Positions 17,154 through 30,500 of a stretch of 64,000 nt of DNA are shown piece by piece (position 1 is the stretch's first letter; the number at the start of each line of letters is the position of its first letter). This DNA is from Vicinamibacterales bacterium (lineage in GTDB: Bacteria; Acidobacteriota; Vicinamibacteria; Vicinamibacterales; JAMQPK01), in NCBI GenBank assembly GCA_963762055.1, contig CAVXJF010000017.1:528149-592148 (forward strand), in the 5' to 3' direction. Both the position numbers and the translations under genes were made by a program. The notes under the pieces were generated by a model. That model saw only the letters and a program-made list of their open reading frames with translations. It was not told the origin of the DNA and did no database searches.

Positions 17154-19474
17154 ATGCGCGACACGTCTCTCGACGGTATTCCATCCGGCGGTCCCGTAAA
17201 AGGTGCGGTCGCGTCCCCGACGCGCGCGTTGATCCTTGCGACGATCTCGTTCGCGCTGTCGTTCGCCGCGTGGGGCCTTGTGGGCGGGCTCGCATCGATC
17301 TTCACAGCCCTCTACGGTCTGACCGCGTCTCAAACCGCGCTGTTGGTGGCGGTGCCGGTGCTGCTCGGTTCGTTGGCACGATTGCCGATGGGCATGCTGA
17401 CGGATCGCTACGGCGGACGGGTCGTGTTCACCGCACTCCTCGCCTTTTCCTCGCTGGCTGCCTTTGTCGTTCCGATGACCGGCAGCTACGGCTCGCTCCT
17501 CGTCGCGGCATTTCTCGTCGGCATGGCCGGCTCATCGTTCGCAGTGGGTGCGGCCTTCGTGTCCCGCTGGACCCCGGCGGCCCGGCAGGGCACGGCGCTC
17601 GGCGTCTACGGCCTGGGAACGATGGGTCAGTCGCTGGCTGTCTTCGTCGGCCCGGTAGTGGCGGCCCGCTTTGGCTGGGAAGTCGTGTTTCGCGGCACAA
17701 GCGTGCTGCTCCTGGCTTGGGCGGTAGCGTACTTTCTGTTAGCGCGGAATCCACCAGCACGCCGGCCGTCCCGCCACGGTCGCCGCGATGATGGCGTTGC
17801 TGCGCCGTGCGCCGACGGCCTGGCTGCTCGGCGCCTTCTACTTCCTGACCTTCGGCGGCTTCGTTGCGTTCTCGATTTATCTGCCGACGCTGCTGCGCGC
17901 GCAATTCGGCCTCGCTCCAGCCGACGCAGGATTCCGTGCAGCTGGTTTTGTCGTCCTCGCGACATTGATGCGGCCTGTGGGCGGATGGCTGGCAGATCGG
18001 ATCGGCGGAGCCCAGGTGCTGTCGTGGGTCTTCGGTGGCGTTGCCCTCTTTTCTCTGCTCCTGACGTGGCCGTCCATGGTGCCGTTCACTGTCGGCGCCC
18101 TGGGATGCGCGATGCTGATGGGACTCGGCAACGGCGCCGTCTTCAAGCTGGTGCCGGAGCACTTCCCGAAAGACACCGGCACGGTGACCGGCCTCGTCGG
18201 CGCCCTCGGCGGGCTGGGCGGGTTCTTCCCGCCGCTGCTCCTCGGTGTCTTTCGCGATCGACTCGGCGCCATATGGCCCGGGTTCCTTCTCCTGTCTGCG
18301 ACTGCTTTGCTCCTGCGCGCAGCCAATCAGCGCGTATTTCACCCAGGCGACGTGGAATGGACGCGGTCTCTCCCGGTGGCCGCGCGACAGGCGCTCGAGC
18401 GCGTCAGAGCAGGCGCGTGGGCCGCTCTCGTCACGGCCACGCTTGGCGGCGGCAATCGTTGTCGGGTCGCGAAACCTTCAGCACTTCGATGCGGCGCTCG
18501 TCGGCTACACCTTCGCGACGCTTTTTGCGGCGTTCGGGATCAGCTATCGCTACGCGATGTGGCTACATCGTCCACCGACGCGGATGTATTGGCGTCGCGG
18601 ATGGCAAGCCTTCTTCTCACGGCGCGCAGTGGCCAGCAACACCGTCAGCCTCGGCCGTCGCGCGCTGATCGAGTTCGCCGCCAACGCGTACATCTTCCGC
18701 CGCGGCCGGCTCCGCGGGCTCGCGCACTGGCTGATCATGTGGGGGTGCCTGCTCGCGGCGGCGATTACGTTTCCGCTGGTCTGGGGCTGGATCCACTTCG
18801 AGACCGTCCCCGGCGACCTGCACATGTACCGGACGTTCGTGTTCGGCATTCCGATGCAGGACTTCCCCGTCGAGTCCGCCTTCGCCTTTGTCATCTTTCA
18901 CGGGCTCGTGTGGTCGTCGTTCCTGGTCATCGCCGGCGTGATGATCGCGTTCCGGCGCCGCATGATCGATCACGGCGCGGTCGCGGTGCAGCAGTTCGGG
19001 CAGGACATCCTGCCGCTGCTCCTGCTCTTCGCGATCAGCGTCACGGGCTTGATGCTGACGGCCAGCTACACGTGGATGCGGGGATATGCGTACGAGTTCC
19101 TCGCGATTCTCCATGCCGTAACGGTGATCGTCACGCTGCTCTGGCTGCCGTTCGGCAAGCTGTTCCACATCTTCCAGCGGCCGGCGCAACTCGGTGTCGG
19201 CTTCTATAAGGACGCGGGCGCACGCGGTGAACAGGCGGCGTGCCGGCGCTGCGGGCAGCCCTTTGCCTCGCAGCTGATGGTGCGCGACCTCGCCGTCGTC
19301 GAGCGGGAACTCGGCTTTCGCTACGAGCTGCCGGGCGGCGGGCATTACCAGGACGTCTGCCCTAGATGCCGGCGCGCGCTCTTCGGTCTGGCGCAGGGGG
19401 CATTGTGGCAGCAGCATTTGAACGCAGGGCCGGCTTCGCCCGGGGACTTCGGCGGAACCGAGAAGCAGAGGTAG
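17154..19474 (+). pseudogene. nitrate/nitrite-porter-like MFS transporter fused to a NarI/DsrM-like membrane domain and a C-terminal 4-Cys ribbon; two frameshifts as assembled
   Basis: MFS halves sit in frames 0 and 1 (LTDRYGGR, MLMGLGNGAVFKLVPEHFP). The third segment (frame 2) has 5-6 TM with conserved His, ends [15 protein letters not shown], and is followed by CRRCGQ...CPRCRR. Junctions at about 17765-17775 and 18442-18448. Confidence 0.7.
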
Positions 19475-19480
19475 CAAAGC

Positions 19481-21754
<2,274 letters not shown>

Positions 21755-21771
21755 ACGGGCAGGACGATCAC

Positions 21772-22449
21772 ATGGCCAAACCGGACTACCTCCACTTCTT
21801 CATCGATCCGAACCGCTGCATCGGCTGCCAGGCGTGTCTGCAGGCGTGCTCCGAGTGCGACACGCATCGCGGCGAGTCGATGATTCACCTCGAATACGTG
21901 AACCGGTCCGAGAGCGTCCAAACGGTGCCGGTCGTGTGCATGCACTGCGAGCAGCCGACGTGCGCGGAGGTCTGTCCGGCCGATGCGATCAAGCGCACCG
22001 GCGACGGCGTCGTGCAGTCGGCACGAAAGCCGCGCTGCATCGCCTGCGGAAATTGCGTGGTCGCCTGCCCGTTCGGCGTGCCCGAGCTCTACGAAGACCG
22101 CAAGATCATGATGAAGTGCGACATGTGCTACGACCGCACGAGCGTCGGCAAGAAGCCGATGTGCGCGACCGTGTGCCCGAGCCAGGCGCTCTTCTTCGGC
22201 ACGCGCGAACAGATCGAACAGTTGCGCCCGCTCTCGGCGCCGGTCAACACCTTCCAGTTCGGCGAGCAGACGATCACCACGCAGGTCTACGTGATGGTGC
22301 CGCGCAAGCTGACGAGCGCGGCGCCACACGTCGATGTCACCGCGGCAATGGACGAGCAGCCGCGGAACCGCGCCGTGTCGTTGAAGGTGGTGAGCGCGCC
22401 TGCCGCGGCGGCGGTCGAGAGCGATCCGTTTGCCGAGGTCGAGGTGTAG
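21772..22449 (+). CDS. 4Fe-4S dicluster electron-transfer subunit (DmsB/HybA-like)
   Basis: Four Cys clusters: [37 protein letters not shown] and CDMC...CATVCP. Confidence 0.85.
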   Translation: MAKPDYLHFFIDPNRCIGCQACLQACSECDTHRGESMIHLEYVNRSESVQTVPVVCMHCEQPTCAEVCPADAIKRTGDGVVQSARKPRCIACGNCVVACPFGVPELYEDRKIMMKCDMCYDRTSVGKKPMCATVCPSQALFFGTREQIEQLRPLSAPVNTFQFGEQTITTQVYVMVPRKLTSAAPHVDVTAAMDEQPRNRAVSLKVVSAPAAAAVESDPFAEVEV

Positions 22450-22451
22450 CA

Positions 22452-23098
22452 ATGGCCGACGTCCGTTCCGATCCACGTCGCCCAATCGATCCGGCGATCA
22501 ACTCGCCAGGGCGTGAAGGTCTGACCGGTACGGCACCCGCCAACCTCTATGCACCCGGGTTCGAGCGCGAGCAGATCACGATCGCACCGGACTTCGCGCC
22601 CGCTGACGCCCAACCAGCCTGGCGGCAGGACTTCCCGATCGACTGGCCGCAGGATCTCTACGTCGAGCGCCGGGACTTCATGAAGTTCCTCGTCTTGACC
22701 AGCGCCGCGTTCACGCTGGGACAGGTGTGGATTGGCGTACAGAACTGGTACCGGAAGCGCGCCGGCCAACCGGCATGCAGCGGATCGCGTCCGTCGACGA
22801 TTTGGCCGTCGGCGCCGCGGTCGTCTTCACCTACCCGAACGAGCACGAACCCTGTCTGCTGGTGCGGCTGACGACGAGCGAGTTCGTCGCCTTCAGCCAG
22901 AAGTGCACGCACTTGTCGTGTGCCGTGATTCCCCGGCCGGCCGAAGGCAGCTTCTACTGTCCCTGTCACGAGGGACGGTTCGACCTGCGGACGGGTGCGC
23001 CCACCGCCGGGCCGCCTCGCCGGCCGCTGACCCGAATCGTGCTCGACATCAGGGGACGAGACATCTACGCCGTCGGCGTCGAGGAGCGGACGATATGA
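22452..23098 (+). pseudogene. membrane-anchored Rieske [2Fe-2S] protein, frameshifted as assembled
   Basis: N-part: ERRDFMKFLVLTSAAFTLGQVW (TAT-like anchor). C-part (ORF 22727..23098): CTHLSC...CPCHEGRFD. Junction at about 22770-22776. Confidence 0.75.
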
Positions 23099-23403
23099 AC
23101 GCCTCGGCGAAGCGGCCGTTCAGCCGCGACCAGCGGACGACCATCGTCTACGGGATGCTGGTCTTCGTGCTGATGATCGTGATCCTGCAGCTCTGGCTGC
23201 TGACCGCGACGATGAACGCGTGGCTCGGCGGGGACGATTCCGTCGTGTGGCCGGCGGCGGCAGTCAGCGCCGGCGGCCTGGCGTTGAACGTCGGACTGCT
23301 GACGTTCCTGGGCAGGATCGAACATACACGCAGAACGGAGAGTAGGACACGATGGCGAGCACGCTTCCGCCCGGCGAACTCTTCGCGCTGGAAACCTTGG
23401 TGA
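23095..23403 (+). CDS. small two-TM membrane protein coupled to the Rieske gene
   Basis: ATGA overlap with the Rieske stop. Two hydrophobic helices (IVYGMLVFVLMIVILQLWLL, AAVSAGGLALNVGLLTFL). The 3-prime end overlaps the cupin gene, so the stop is uncertain. Confidence 0.4.
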   Translation: MNASAKRPFSRDQRTTIVYGMLVFVLMIVILQLWLLTATMNAWLGGDDSVVWPAAAVSAGGLALNVGLLTFLGRIEHTRRTESRTRWRARFRPANSSRWKPW

Positions 23404-23693
23404 CGGCAACGGCCCAGGGCATTGCCAGCCGTGTGCTGGCGCGCACCGCGGCAGGCAACATCACTCTCTTCGCCTTTGATGGCGGCGAAGAGTTATCGGA
23501 GCACACCGCGCCGTTCGATGCGCTCGCGATCACGCTGTCGGGGGCTCTTGTCCTGACGATCGGCGGGCGTGACGTGCAGACGACACCGCAATCGGTCGTG
23601 CTGATGCCAGCGAACGTGCCGCATGCTGTTCGGGCGATCGAGCCGGCGCGAATGCTGCTGATCATGTTGCGCGAACACGAGCAGGAACACTGA
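23352..23693 (+). CDS. cupin domain protein
   Basis: 113 aa, GGAGAG RBS. EHTAPFDALAITLSG...MPANVPHAVRA fits the two cupin motifs. Confidence 0.65.
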   Translation: MASTLPPGELFALETLVTATAQGIASRVLARTAAGNITLFAFDGGEELSEHTAPFDALAITLSGALVLTIGGRDVQTTPQSVVLMPANVPHAVRAIEPARMLLIMLREHEQEH

Positions 23694-23717
23694 AACCAGC
23701 ACAAGGAGCACACGACC

Positions 23718-24194
23718 ATGAAGCCAAAGAATACGATCTGCCTCTGGTTCGACAAGGACGCGCATGAGGCGGCGAGCTTTTACGCTGCGACTTTTCCGGA
23801 TAGTAAAGTGACCGCTGTTCTCAAAGCGCCCGGTGATTACCCGAGCGGCAAAAAGGGCGATGTCCTGACGGTGGAGTTCACCGTTCTGGGCGTTCCCTGC
23901 CTTGGTCTCAATGGCGGCCCGGATTTCAAGCACAGCGAGGCCTTTTCCTTCCAGGTCGCGACGGACAATCAGGAAGAGACGGACCGCTACTGGAATGCGA
24001 TCGTCGGCAATGGCGGCAAGGAAAGCCAATGCGGCTGGTGCAAGGACCGCTGGGGCCTCTCCTGGCAGATCACTCCGCGCGCGCTGAGCGACGCGCTTGC
24101 CGCCGGCGGCGCCGAGGCACAGCGTGCCTTCGCGGCGATGATGCCGATGACGAAGATCGACATCGCCACCATCGAGGCAGCGCGGCGGGGCTGA
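23718..24194 (+). CDS. VOC-superfamily protein (PhnB / 3-demethylubiquinone-9 methyltransferase-domain-like)
   Basis: ICLWFDKDAHEAASFYAATFPDS...VEFTVLG...SFQV...YWNAI...CGWCKDRWGLSWQI is the typical family pattern. Confidence 0.75.
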   Translation: MKPKNTICLWFDKDAHEAASFYAATFPDSKVTAVLKAPGDYPSGKKGDVLTVEFTVLGVPCLGLNGGPDFKHSEAFSFQVATDNQEETDRYWNAIVGNGGKESQCGWCKDRWGLSWQITPRALSDALAAGGAEAQRAFAAMMPMTKIDIATIEAARRG

Positions 24195-24224
24195 CTTCGC
24201 ATCGGCCGTAGTAGACTGATCGCT

Positions 24225-24647
24225 GTGCGGCGTCTCGTTGGACTTTTGCTCGCGCACTCCCTGGTCGTGTCATCGGCCATGGCTTCGTCGATGCACGTCC
24301 ACGAGTACGCGGAGCACGATCACCCGGATCATCATCACGGACCGGCTGCTCACGAGCACAAGCATTCAGAAATAGCCGACGAGGATCACGACTCGACGAC
24401 AGACGATGACCAGCCAGCGTTGCAGGCCGAATCGTGCGACCCTGGCCGCCATGCGATCTCGGCTGCCTTAGGGTGCGCCCAGGTTCCGCAGGGACACGCC
24501 GCCCTGGCCGACCTCCCAGGTCCGACGATCATCGCCCCGATTGCATTGGACCGATCCGCCACACCCATAGTTGACGTTCGCGTTCACGGTCCGCCGTTTG
24601 ACGTTCGAATTCCCGCGCGCGCCCCGCCTGTAACACCCCACGCCTGA
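24225..24647 (+). CDS. His-rich small secreted protein preceding the metal-efflux genes
   Basis: GTG start and signal-like N-terminus, then HVHEYAEHDHPDHHHGPAAHEHKH and an acidic stretch. Sits directly upstream of the czcCBA-like genes. Confidence 0.45.
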   Translation: MRRLVGLLLAHSLVVSSAMASSMHVHEYAEHDHPDHHHGPAAHEHKHSEIADEDHDSTTDDDQPALQAESCDPGRHAISAALGCAQVPQGHAALADLPGPTIIAPIALDRSATPIVDVRVHGPPFDVRIPARAPPVTPHA

Positions 24648-24742
24648 TCACCTGACCGGCGCTTCGGCCTCCTACGCCCAATTTGGGCTTCGGCGAGGCA
24701 GGCCTGGTCGTCTGTAGTTCGAATAACCCGAGGACTGTTTGT

Positions 24743-25954
24743 ATGCCGATCCGTGCCCAGGTCTGTACCTGGATCGCCGCGGTCAGCCTGCTGGCGCCAT
24801 CTGTTGCCGCCAGTCAGGACCGGACCGAGCGCGAACTCGTGGAGCTGATCGTGCGTGATGGGCCGCAAGCCAGGGCGATCCGCGCCGAATCGGAAGTGAC
24901 GCATCGTGAGCAGCTCGCGCGGCTCTCGTATCCGAATCCTTCCGTCACGTACAGCCGAGAAGGGGCGGGCTTCACCGAATTTTTCCAGGCGGAACAGTCG
25001 ATATCGTTATTTGGCGCACGTGACGCGCTGTCGCGAGCCGGCGTGGCGGCGACCGCCGCCGCAGAGGCCGAGCGCGATCTGCGGTTATGGCTGCTCCGCT
25101 CCGATGCCGCCGCGGCGGTCGCTCGGGTTGTCGCCGGACAGGAACGGCTCGAGTCCGTTCGAGCCCACATGCGCGAGGTGGAACGGCTCATCGAGATCCT
25201 TCGCACCCGCGAGCGAGAAGGCGAAGGCTCGCGTTTCGATCGGATGCGAGCGGAACAGGAGCTCCGCGACACCAACCAGGCTATGACGTCCGCAGCAGTC
25301 GCGCTCGCCGAAGCGCGTGCGACGGTCTCGGGCATGCTGCCACAAACCGTTTCGCTGACCACGGTTGCAAGCACGCAGATCACGCAGCAGCCGCCGATCC
25401 CCTTCGAGACTTTGTTCACACGAGCGACGTCCACTCGGGCAGAGCTTCGTGCTCTCGAGCAGCTCGGTCAACGCGCGACGTTCGAAGCCGACGCGGCTCG
25501 ACGAACACGGCTCCCAGCCCCGAATCTGTTCGGGGGCGTGAAGCGAGCGGACGAGCTGTCGGGCCGCAAGACCGGCGGCGTGTTCGGGGTGAACGTGGCG
25601 CTGCCCCTGTTCGATGACGGCGGCCGCGAAGCCGCGCGGTGGGAGGCCGAGCGGGCACGCGTCGCGGCGGAGCGGATGTTCATCGAATATCGCATCCGCA
25701 GTGAGATCACCGGCGCGTCAGAGGTGCTGACGCTCCGTCAAGCCGCGCTGTCCCAAGAACAGCCGGGGGCCGCGGAGGAGCTGGTGCAGATCGCGGTGGT
25801 CGCGTATCGCGAGGGTGAGGTCGGCATTCTCGAGCTGCTCGATGCGGCGCGTACCGCCTCACGGGCAAGGATTCGCAGCATCGATCTACGGCTGGACGCG
25901 CGGCTGGCGCAGATTGCTCTGGAACGCGCAGTGGGAGAGACATTGTGGCCCTGA
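24743..25954 (+). CDS. TolC-family outer-membrane efflux protein (CzcC-like)
   Basis: Signal peptide MPIRAQVCTWIAAVSLLAPSVAASQ. Two coiled-coil/beta repeats typical of OEP family proteins. Confidence 0.8.
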   Translation: MPIRAQVCTWIAAVSLLAPSVAASQDRTERELVELIVRDGPQARAIRAESEVTHREQLARLSYPNPSVTYSREGAGFTEFFQAEQSISLFGARDALSRAGVAATAAAEAERDLRLWLLRSDAAAAVARVVAGQERLESVRAHMREVERLIEILRTREREGEGSRFDRMRAEQELRDTNQAMTSAAVALAEARATVSGMLPQTVSLTTVASTQITQQPPIPFETLFTRATSTRAELRALEQLGQRATFEADAARRTRLPAPNLFGGVKRADELSGRKTGGVFGVNVALPLFDDGGREAARWEAERARVAAERMFIEYRIRSEITGASEVLTLRQAALSQEQPGAAEELVQIAVVAYREGEVGILELLDAARTASRARIRSIDLRLDARLAQIALERAVGETLWP

Positions 25955-27480
25955 GATTTCCGTTCTCAACGTTTCTCATCGCCGTGCTCGCGGCCGGGTG
26001 CGGTCGTTCAGCCGCGCCCGACGCCACGCCGGAAGAACCCGAAGTACTGAGCGTGACGCGGTGGACGGAGAAGACGGAGCTGTTCGCCGAATATCCGCCG
26101 CTCGCAGTCGGCTCCACGTCACGTTTCGCCATTCATCTCACGCGTCTGAATGACTTCAAAGCACTCACTGAAGGAAACGTGGAGGTTCGGCTCGAGGGCG
26201 GTTCGGCCCCACCGGAAGTGTTTCGTGTGGAGGCACCGTCTCGTCCAGGCATCTTCGGAGTTGACGTGAAACCCACCCGCGCGGGCAACCGCCAGCTCGT
26301 GATCGCGCTCAAGGCGAATGGATTGAATGATGAACATCGGGTCGGCGAGGTCCACGTGCATTCGAACGCCGCCGCCGCCCGTGCCCAGACGCCGCCAGCA
26401 CGCGGGGATGCGCCGGGCATCAGCTTCCTGAAGGAACAGCAATGGAGCCTGGACTTCGGGACCGCACTCGTGAAGGAGGAGGCGGTCAGTGAATCCATTC
26501 GCGTTCCAGCGCGCCTCGAAGCCCGACCGGGCGGCGCCGCCGATGTGGTCGCACCCATTGACGGTCGGTTGGCGGGCGTCGTCGAAGTGGCGCTAGGGGC
26601 GAGCGTCTCTCGCGGGCAGGAGCTCGCCCGCCTGCAGCCGCCGCCTTCGGCGCCGGCGGATCTTCCACAGCTTCAACGGGCACACAACGAGGCACAGACA
26701 GCGCTCGCTCTGGCGACGCGCGACCGCGAACGCGCAGAGCGGCTGACGAGCGCCGGAGCGGCGCCTGGCAAGCGCCTGGACGAAGCACGGTCGACCGAGG
26801 AGCAGGCGAAAGCTCGTCTCACCGCGGCTGAGGCAAGTCTGGCGCAGTACAACGCCGCACGCACTGGAAGCGCCACTGACGCTGAGGGGTTGTTCGTCGT
26901 TCGCGCCCCCGTGAGCGGCGTGATCGCTCAGCGCAATGCCGCAACTGGGGCGAACGTCACCGCCGGAAGCGTACTGTTCCGCGTCGTGGATGCCGCACAG
27001 GTACACGTCGTCGGTCAGATTCCGGAAGCACAGGCGGCGCGTGCACGCCTGGCGCAGGCGGCGGAAATCGAAATGGCGGGACAACCGGATCGCGTGCCGG
27101 CGGGCCGGCTCGTGAGTGTCGGGAAAGTGCTCGATTCAGAGTCCAGGACATTGCCCATCACATTCGCCTTCGACAACCGGACGCTCGGATTACCTGTCGG
27201 GCAGGCCGCGTTCCTCCATCTGCAAATGGAGACCACGCAGCCCCGCCCCGTCGTTCCCACAGCAGCCATCGTGGACGATGCGGGGCGGCCGATTGTGTTT
27301 GTGCAGCGCGAGGGCGAGACGTTCGAGCGTCGGGCGGTGACGCTCGGCGCGAGATCGGGCGACGTTGTGCAGATCACCGAGGGCCTCAAGCCCGGAGAAC
27401 GCGTGGTGACGAAGGGCGCCTACCTCGTGCGCCTGGCGTCGTTGTCCACGTCGGTTCCGGCGCACGGACACGTGCACTGA
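25945..27480 (+). CDS. efflux RND periplasmic adaptor (CzcB/CusB-like) lipoprotein
   Basis: Lipobox LAAGC. An N-terminal extra beta domain, a coiled-coil hairpin and a beta-barrel (VVPTAAIVDDAGRPIVFV). Confidence 0.85.
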   Translation: MALRFPFSTFLIAVLAAGCGRSAAPDATPEEPEVLSVTRWTEKTELFAEYPPLAVGSTSRFAIHLTRLNDFKALTEGNVEVRLEGGSAPPEVFRVEAPSRPGIFGVDVKPTRAGNRQLVIALKANGLNDEHRVGEVHVHSNAAAARAQTPPARGDAPGISFLKEQQWSLDFGTALVKEEAVSESIRVPARLEARPGGAADVVAPIDGRLAGVVEVALGASVSRGQELARLQPPPSAPADLPQLQRAHNEAQTALALATRDRERAERLTSAGAAPGKRLDEARSTEEQAKARLTAAEASLAQYNAARTGSATDAEGLFVVRAPVSGVIAQRNAATGANVTAGSVLFRVVDAAQVHVVGQIPEAQAARARLAQAAEIEMAGQPDRVPAGRLVSVGKVLDSESRTLPITFAFDNRTLGLPVGQAAFLHLQMETTQPRPVVPTAAIVDDAGRPIVFVQREGETFERRAVTLGARSGDVVQITEGLKPGERVVTKGAYLVRLASLSTSVPAHGHVH

Positions 27481-27530
27481 CGGACGCTGACGGCTGCTGA
27501 GAGCTGAAAGCCAAGAGCTGAGAGCAAAAC

Positions 27531-30500
27531 ATGATTGACGGACTCATTCGCTGGTCGCTCAGGCATCGCCCGATTGTCATCGCGCTCGCCGCCGCGTTCC
27601 TCATCTGGGGCGGGTGGACGGCCACGCGCATTCCTCTGGATGTGCTGCCCGATCTCACCGCGCCGACCGTGACGATCCTGGCCGAAGCGCCGGGTATGGA
27701 TCCGCTCGAGATCGAGTCGCTGGTCACCTTCCCCATCGAATCCGCGCTGAATGGCGCGGCGGGCGTTCGCCGGGTGCGTTCCGCGACGGCAGTAGGCGTC
27801 GCCGTAGTGTGGGTCGAGTTCGACTGGGGACAAGACATCAACCGCGCCCGTCAGACGGTCGCGGAGAAGCTCACGTTGGTGTCGGGATCGCTGCCGCCGA
27901 ACGTCGAGCCACCGTTCATGGCACCGATCTCTTCGATCATGGGCGAGGTGTTGTTCATCGACCTGGAGTCGGACCGCCACTCGCCGCTTGAACTCCGGAC
28001 CGTCGCGGAAACCGTCGTCAGACGTCGGCTTCTGGCCGTTCCTGGCGTCTCCCAGGTAATCGCAACGGGAGGCGAACAGAAGCAGTACGAAGTAGTCCTC
28101 GATCCTGTACGCCTTGCAGCACACCAGGTGACGCTTCAGGAAGTTGAAAATGCGCTCGTCGCCGCGAATCAGAACGCGACCGCAGGATTTCAGGTCGCAC
28201 AAGGGCAGGAGTACCTGGTACGCGGCGTCGGCCGTCTCGGTGACGCCGACGCTATCGCCGCGGTAAGGGTCAAGTCCGCGGGCGCGGCCCCAGTGCTCAT
28301 ACAAGACGTGGGTATCGTTCGCGAAGGTGCGGCGATCAAGCGAGGCGAAGGCTCGCACGATGCCAAACCTGCCGTCATCGTTGGCATTCAGAAACAGCCG
28401 GCGGTCAACACACTGGAACTGACCGAGCGCATCGACGCCACCCTTGATGATATCCAACGGGCCTTGCCTCAGGGCATGCAGATCCATCGCGATCTGTTCC
28501 GGCAGGCCGACTTCATCGAGCAGTCGCTCGACAACCTCTTCACCGCGTTCATCGAAGGCGCGATCCTCGTCATCCTCGTGGTTGTGGTGTTCCTGATGAA
28601 CATCCGGGCGGCAATCATTACGCTGCTCGCGTTACCGTTGTCGCTGGTGGCCGCCGTCATTGCGATGGATCGATTCGGTCTCACCATCAACAGCATGAGC
28701 CTGGGCGGGCTCGCCATTGCCATCGGTGAGCTCGTCGACGACGCCATCATCGACGTGGAGAACGTCGTCCGGCGTCTGCGGGAGAACGCAACACGGCCAG
28801 ATGCCGAGCGCTTGCCCGTGCTCGAGGTCGTCTACCGCGCAAGCACGGAAATCCGGCACTCGGTCGTGTTCGCGACCGTCATCGTCGCGCTCGTCTTCCT
28901 GCCGCTGTTCATGTTGAGCAGTGTCGAGGGCCGCCTGCTGCGGCCTTTGGGCTTCAGCTATGTCGTAGCACTGACCGCTTCGCTTGTCGTCGCACTCACG
29001 GTCACACCAGTGCTGTGCTCCTTGCTCCTGCCGACATCACGCCTGACTGCGTCGGGTACCGAGCCCAAATGGACCCTACGCCTCAAGGCCGCGTACGAGC
29101 GATGGCTCGGCCATGCGTTCACGTACTGGCGGACAGTTCTGACCGCTGCCGTCGCTCTGCTGGTTGCCGCGCTCCTGGGCATCGTTGCAGCGGGCCGATC
29201 GTTTCTTCCTGAGTTCAACGAAGGTGCCTTGACCGTGAGCGCCGTGACGGTTCCGGGGACGAGCCTCGCGGATTCAAACGCGCTCGGCAATGCTCTGGAG
29301 CGGCTGATGCTCAGTGTGCCGGAAGTCACTTCCACGGCGCGACGAACCGGGAGGGCTGAACTGGACGAGCACGTACAAGGAGTCGAATCCGCGGAGATCG
29401 ACGTCCGGCTCGAGATGAAGGACCGGCCGCGCGAAACGGTGCTCGAAGAACTGCGACAGAAGGTCTCACTGCTCCCGGGCACCAACGTCACGATCGGCCA
29501 GCCGATCTCGCACCGCATCGACCACATGCTCTCCGGCACGCGCGCAAACATCGCCGTCAAGATCTTCGGCGACGATCTGCTCACCCTCCGCCAGCTGGCG
29601 AGCCAGGTGCAAGGTCAGATGTCGCAGGTCGAGGGGGTGGCCGACCTCGCGACAGAGGCGCAGACCGACATTCCGACGCTCAAGGTGCGCGTCGATCCGG
29701 CAGCAGCCGCGCGTCAAGGACTCGAATCGGGGACAGTCGCCGAAGCCCTGCAGACGGCGCGTGTCGGCCATGCGGTAGGTCAGATTCTTCAGGGGCAGAT
29801 CGCCTTTCCGTTGGTCGTCCGCTATGCGCTGGACGAATCGAGGGAGCTCGACGCGATCGCCATGACGCCGATCCAAACGCCAGACCGTCGTCAGATTCCA
29901 CTGTCTGCTGTGGCTACGATTCAGGAAGATCGTGGCCCGAACTTCGTCATGCGGGAGAACGTCCAACGGCGCATCGTCGTCCAGAGCAACGTTTCCGGGC
30001 GCGACCTGCGCGGCGTGGTGAACGACATTCAGGATCGCGTCACCCGGAACGTCAAACTGCCACAGGGCTACCACATCGAGTACGGCGGTCAGTTTGAAAG
30101 TGAAGCACAGGCGTCCAGGCAGCTCCTCTGGCTCTCGCTGGGCGTTATCGTCGCGATCTTCTTCATCCTCTCGGCGGCGTTCGGCTCGTCGCGAGACGGC
30201 CTGTTGATCATGATCAATCTGCCGCTGGCCCTGATTGGCGGGGTCATCGGTGTGTACCTGGCGGGCGGGGTTCTGTCGGTGGCATCGATCGTCGGTTTCA
30301 TTACCCTGTTCGGCATTGCCACCCGCAACGGGATCATGCTCGTCTCACACATCCGTCATTTGCAGGAACACGAAGGTGTGAGCGACTTCAGGACGGCCGT
30401 CGTTCGAGGCGCGACTGAACGGCTGGTGCCGATCCTGATGACGGCGCTCGCCGCAGGACTGGCACTCGTACCGATCGCATTGTCTGCCGGCGAACCTGGC

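Noticed and set aside
16971-17333. 120-aa minus-strand ORF in the queA-narK intergenic and 5-prime region
   Set aside because: It is Arg-rich with no recognisable motif and overlaps the N-terminus of the MFS gene. It is probably spurious.
23340-23403. 52-nt overlap between the small membrane ORF and the cupin gene, possibly another frameshift
   Set aside because: I cannot decide from sequence alone. An alternative frame gives a stop (TAG) at about 23342, but no conserved motif is available to anchor the true C-terminus.
27481-27530. Short repeated GAGCTGA(A/G)AGC units in the czcB-czcA spacer
   Set aside because: There are only two imperfect copies in a 50-nt spacer that also has to carry the RBS. 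There is no convincing secondary structure or known motif.
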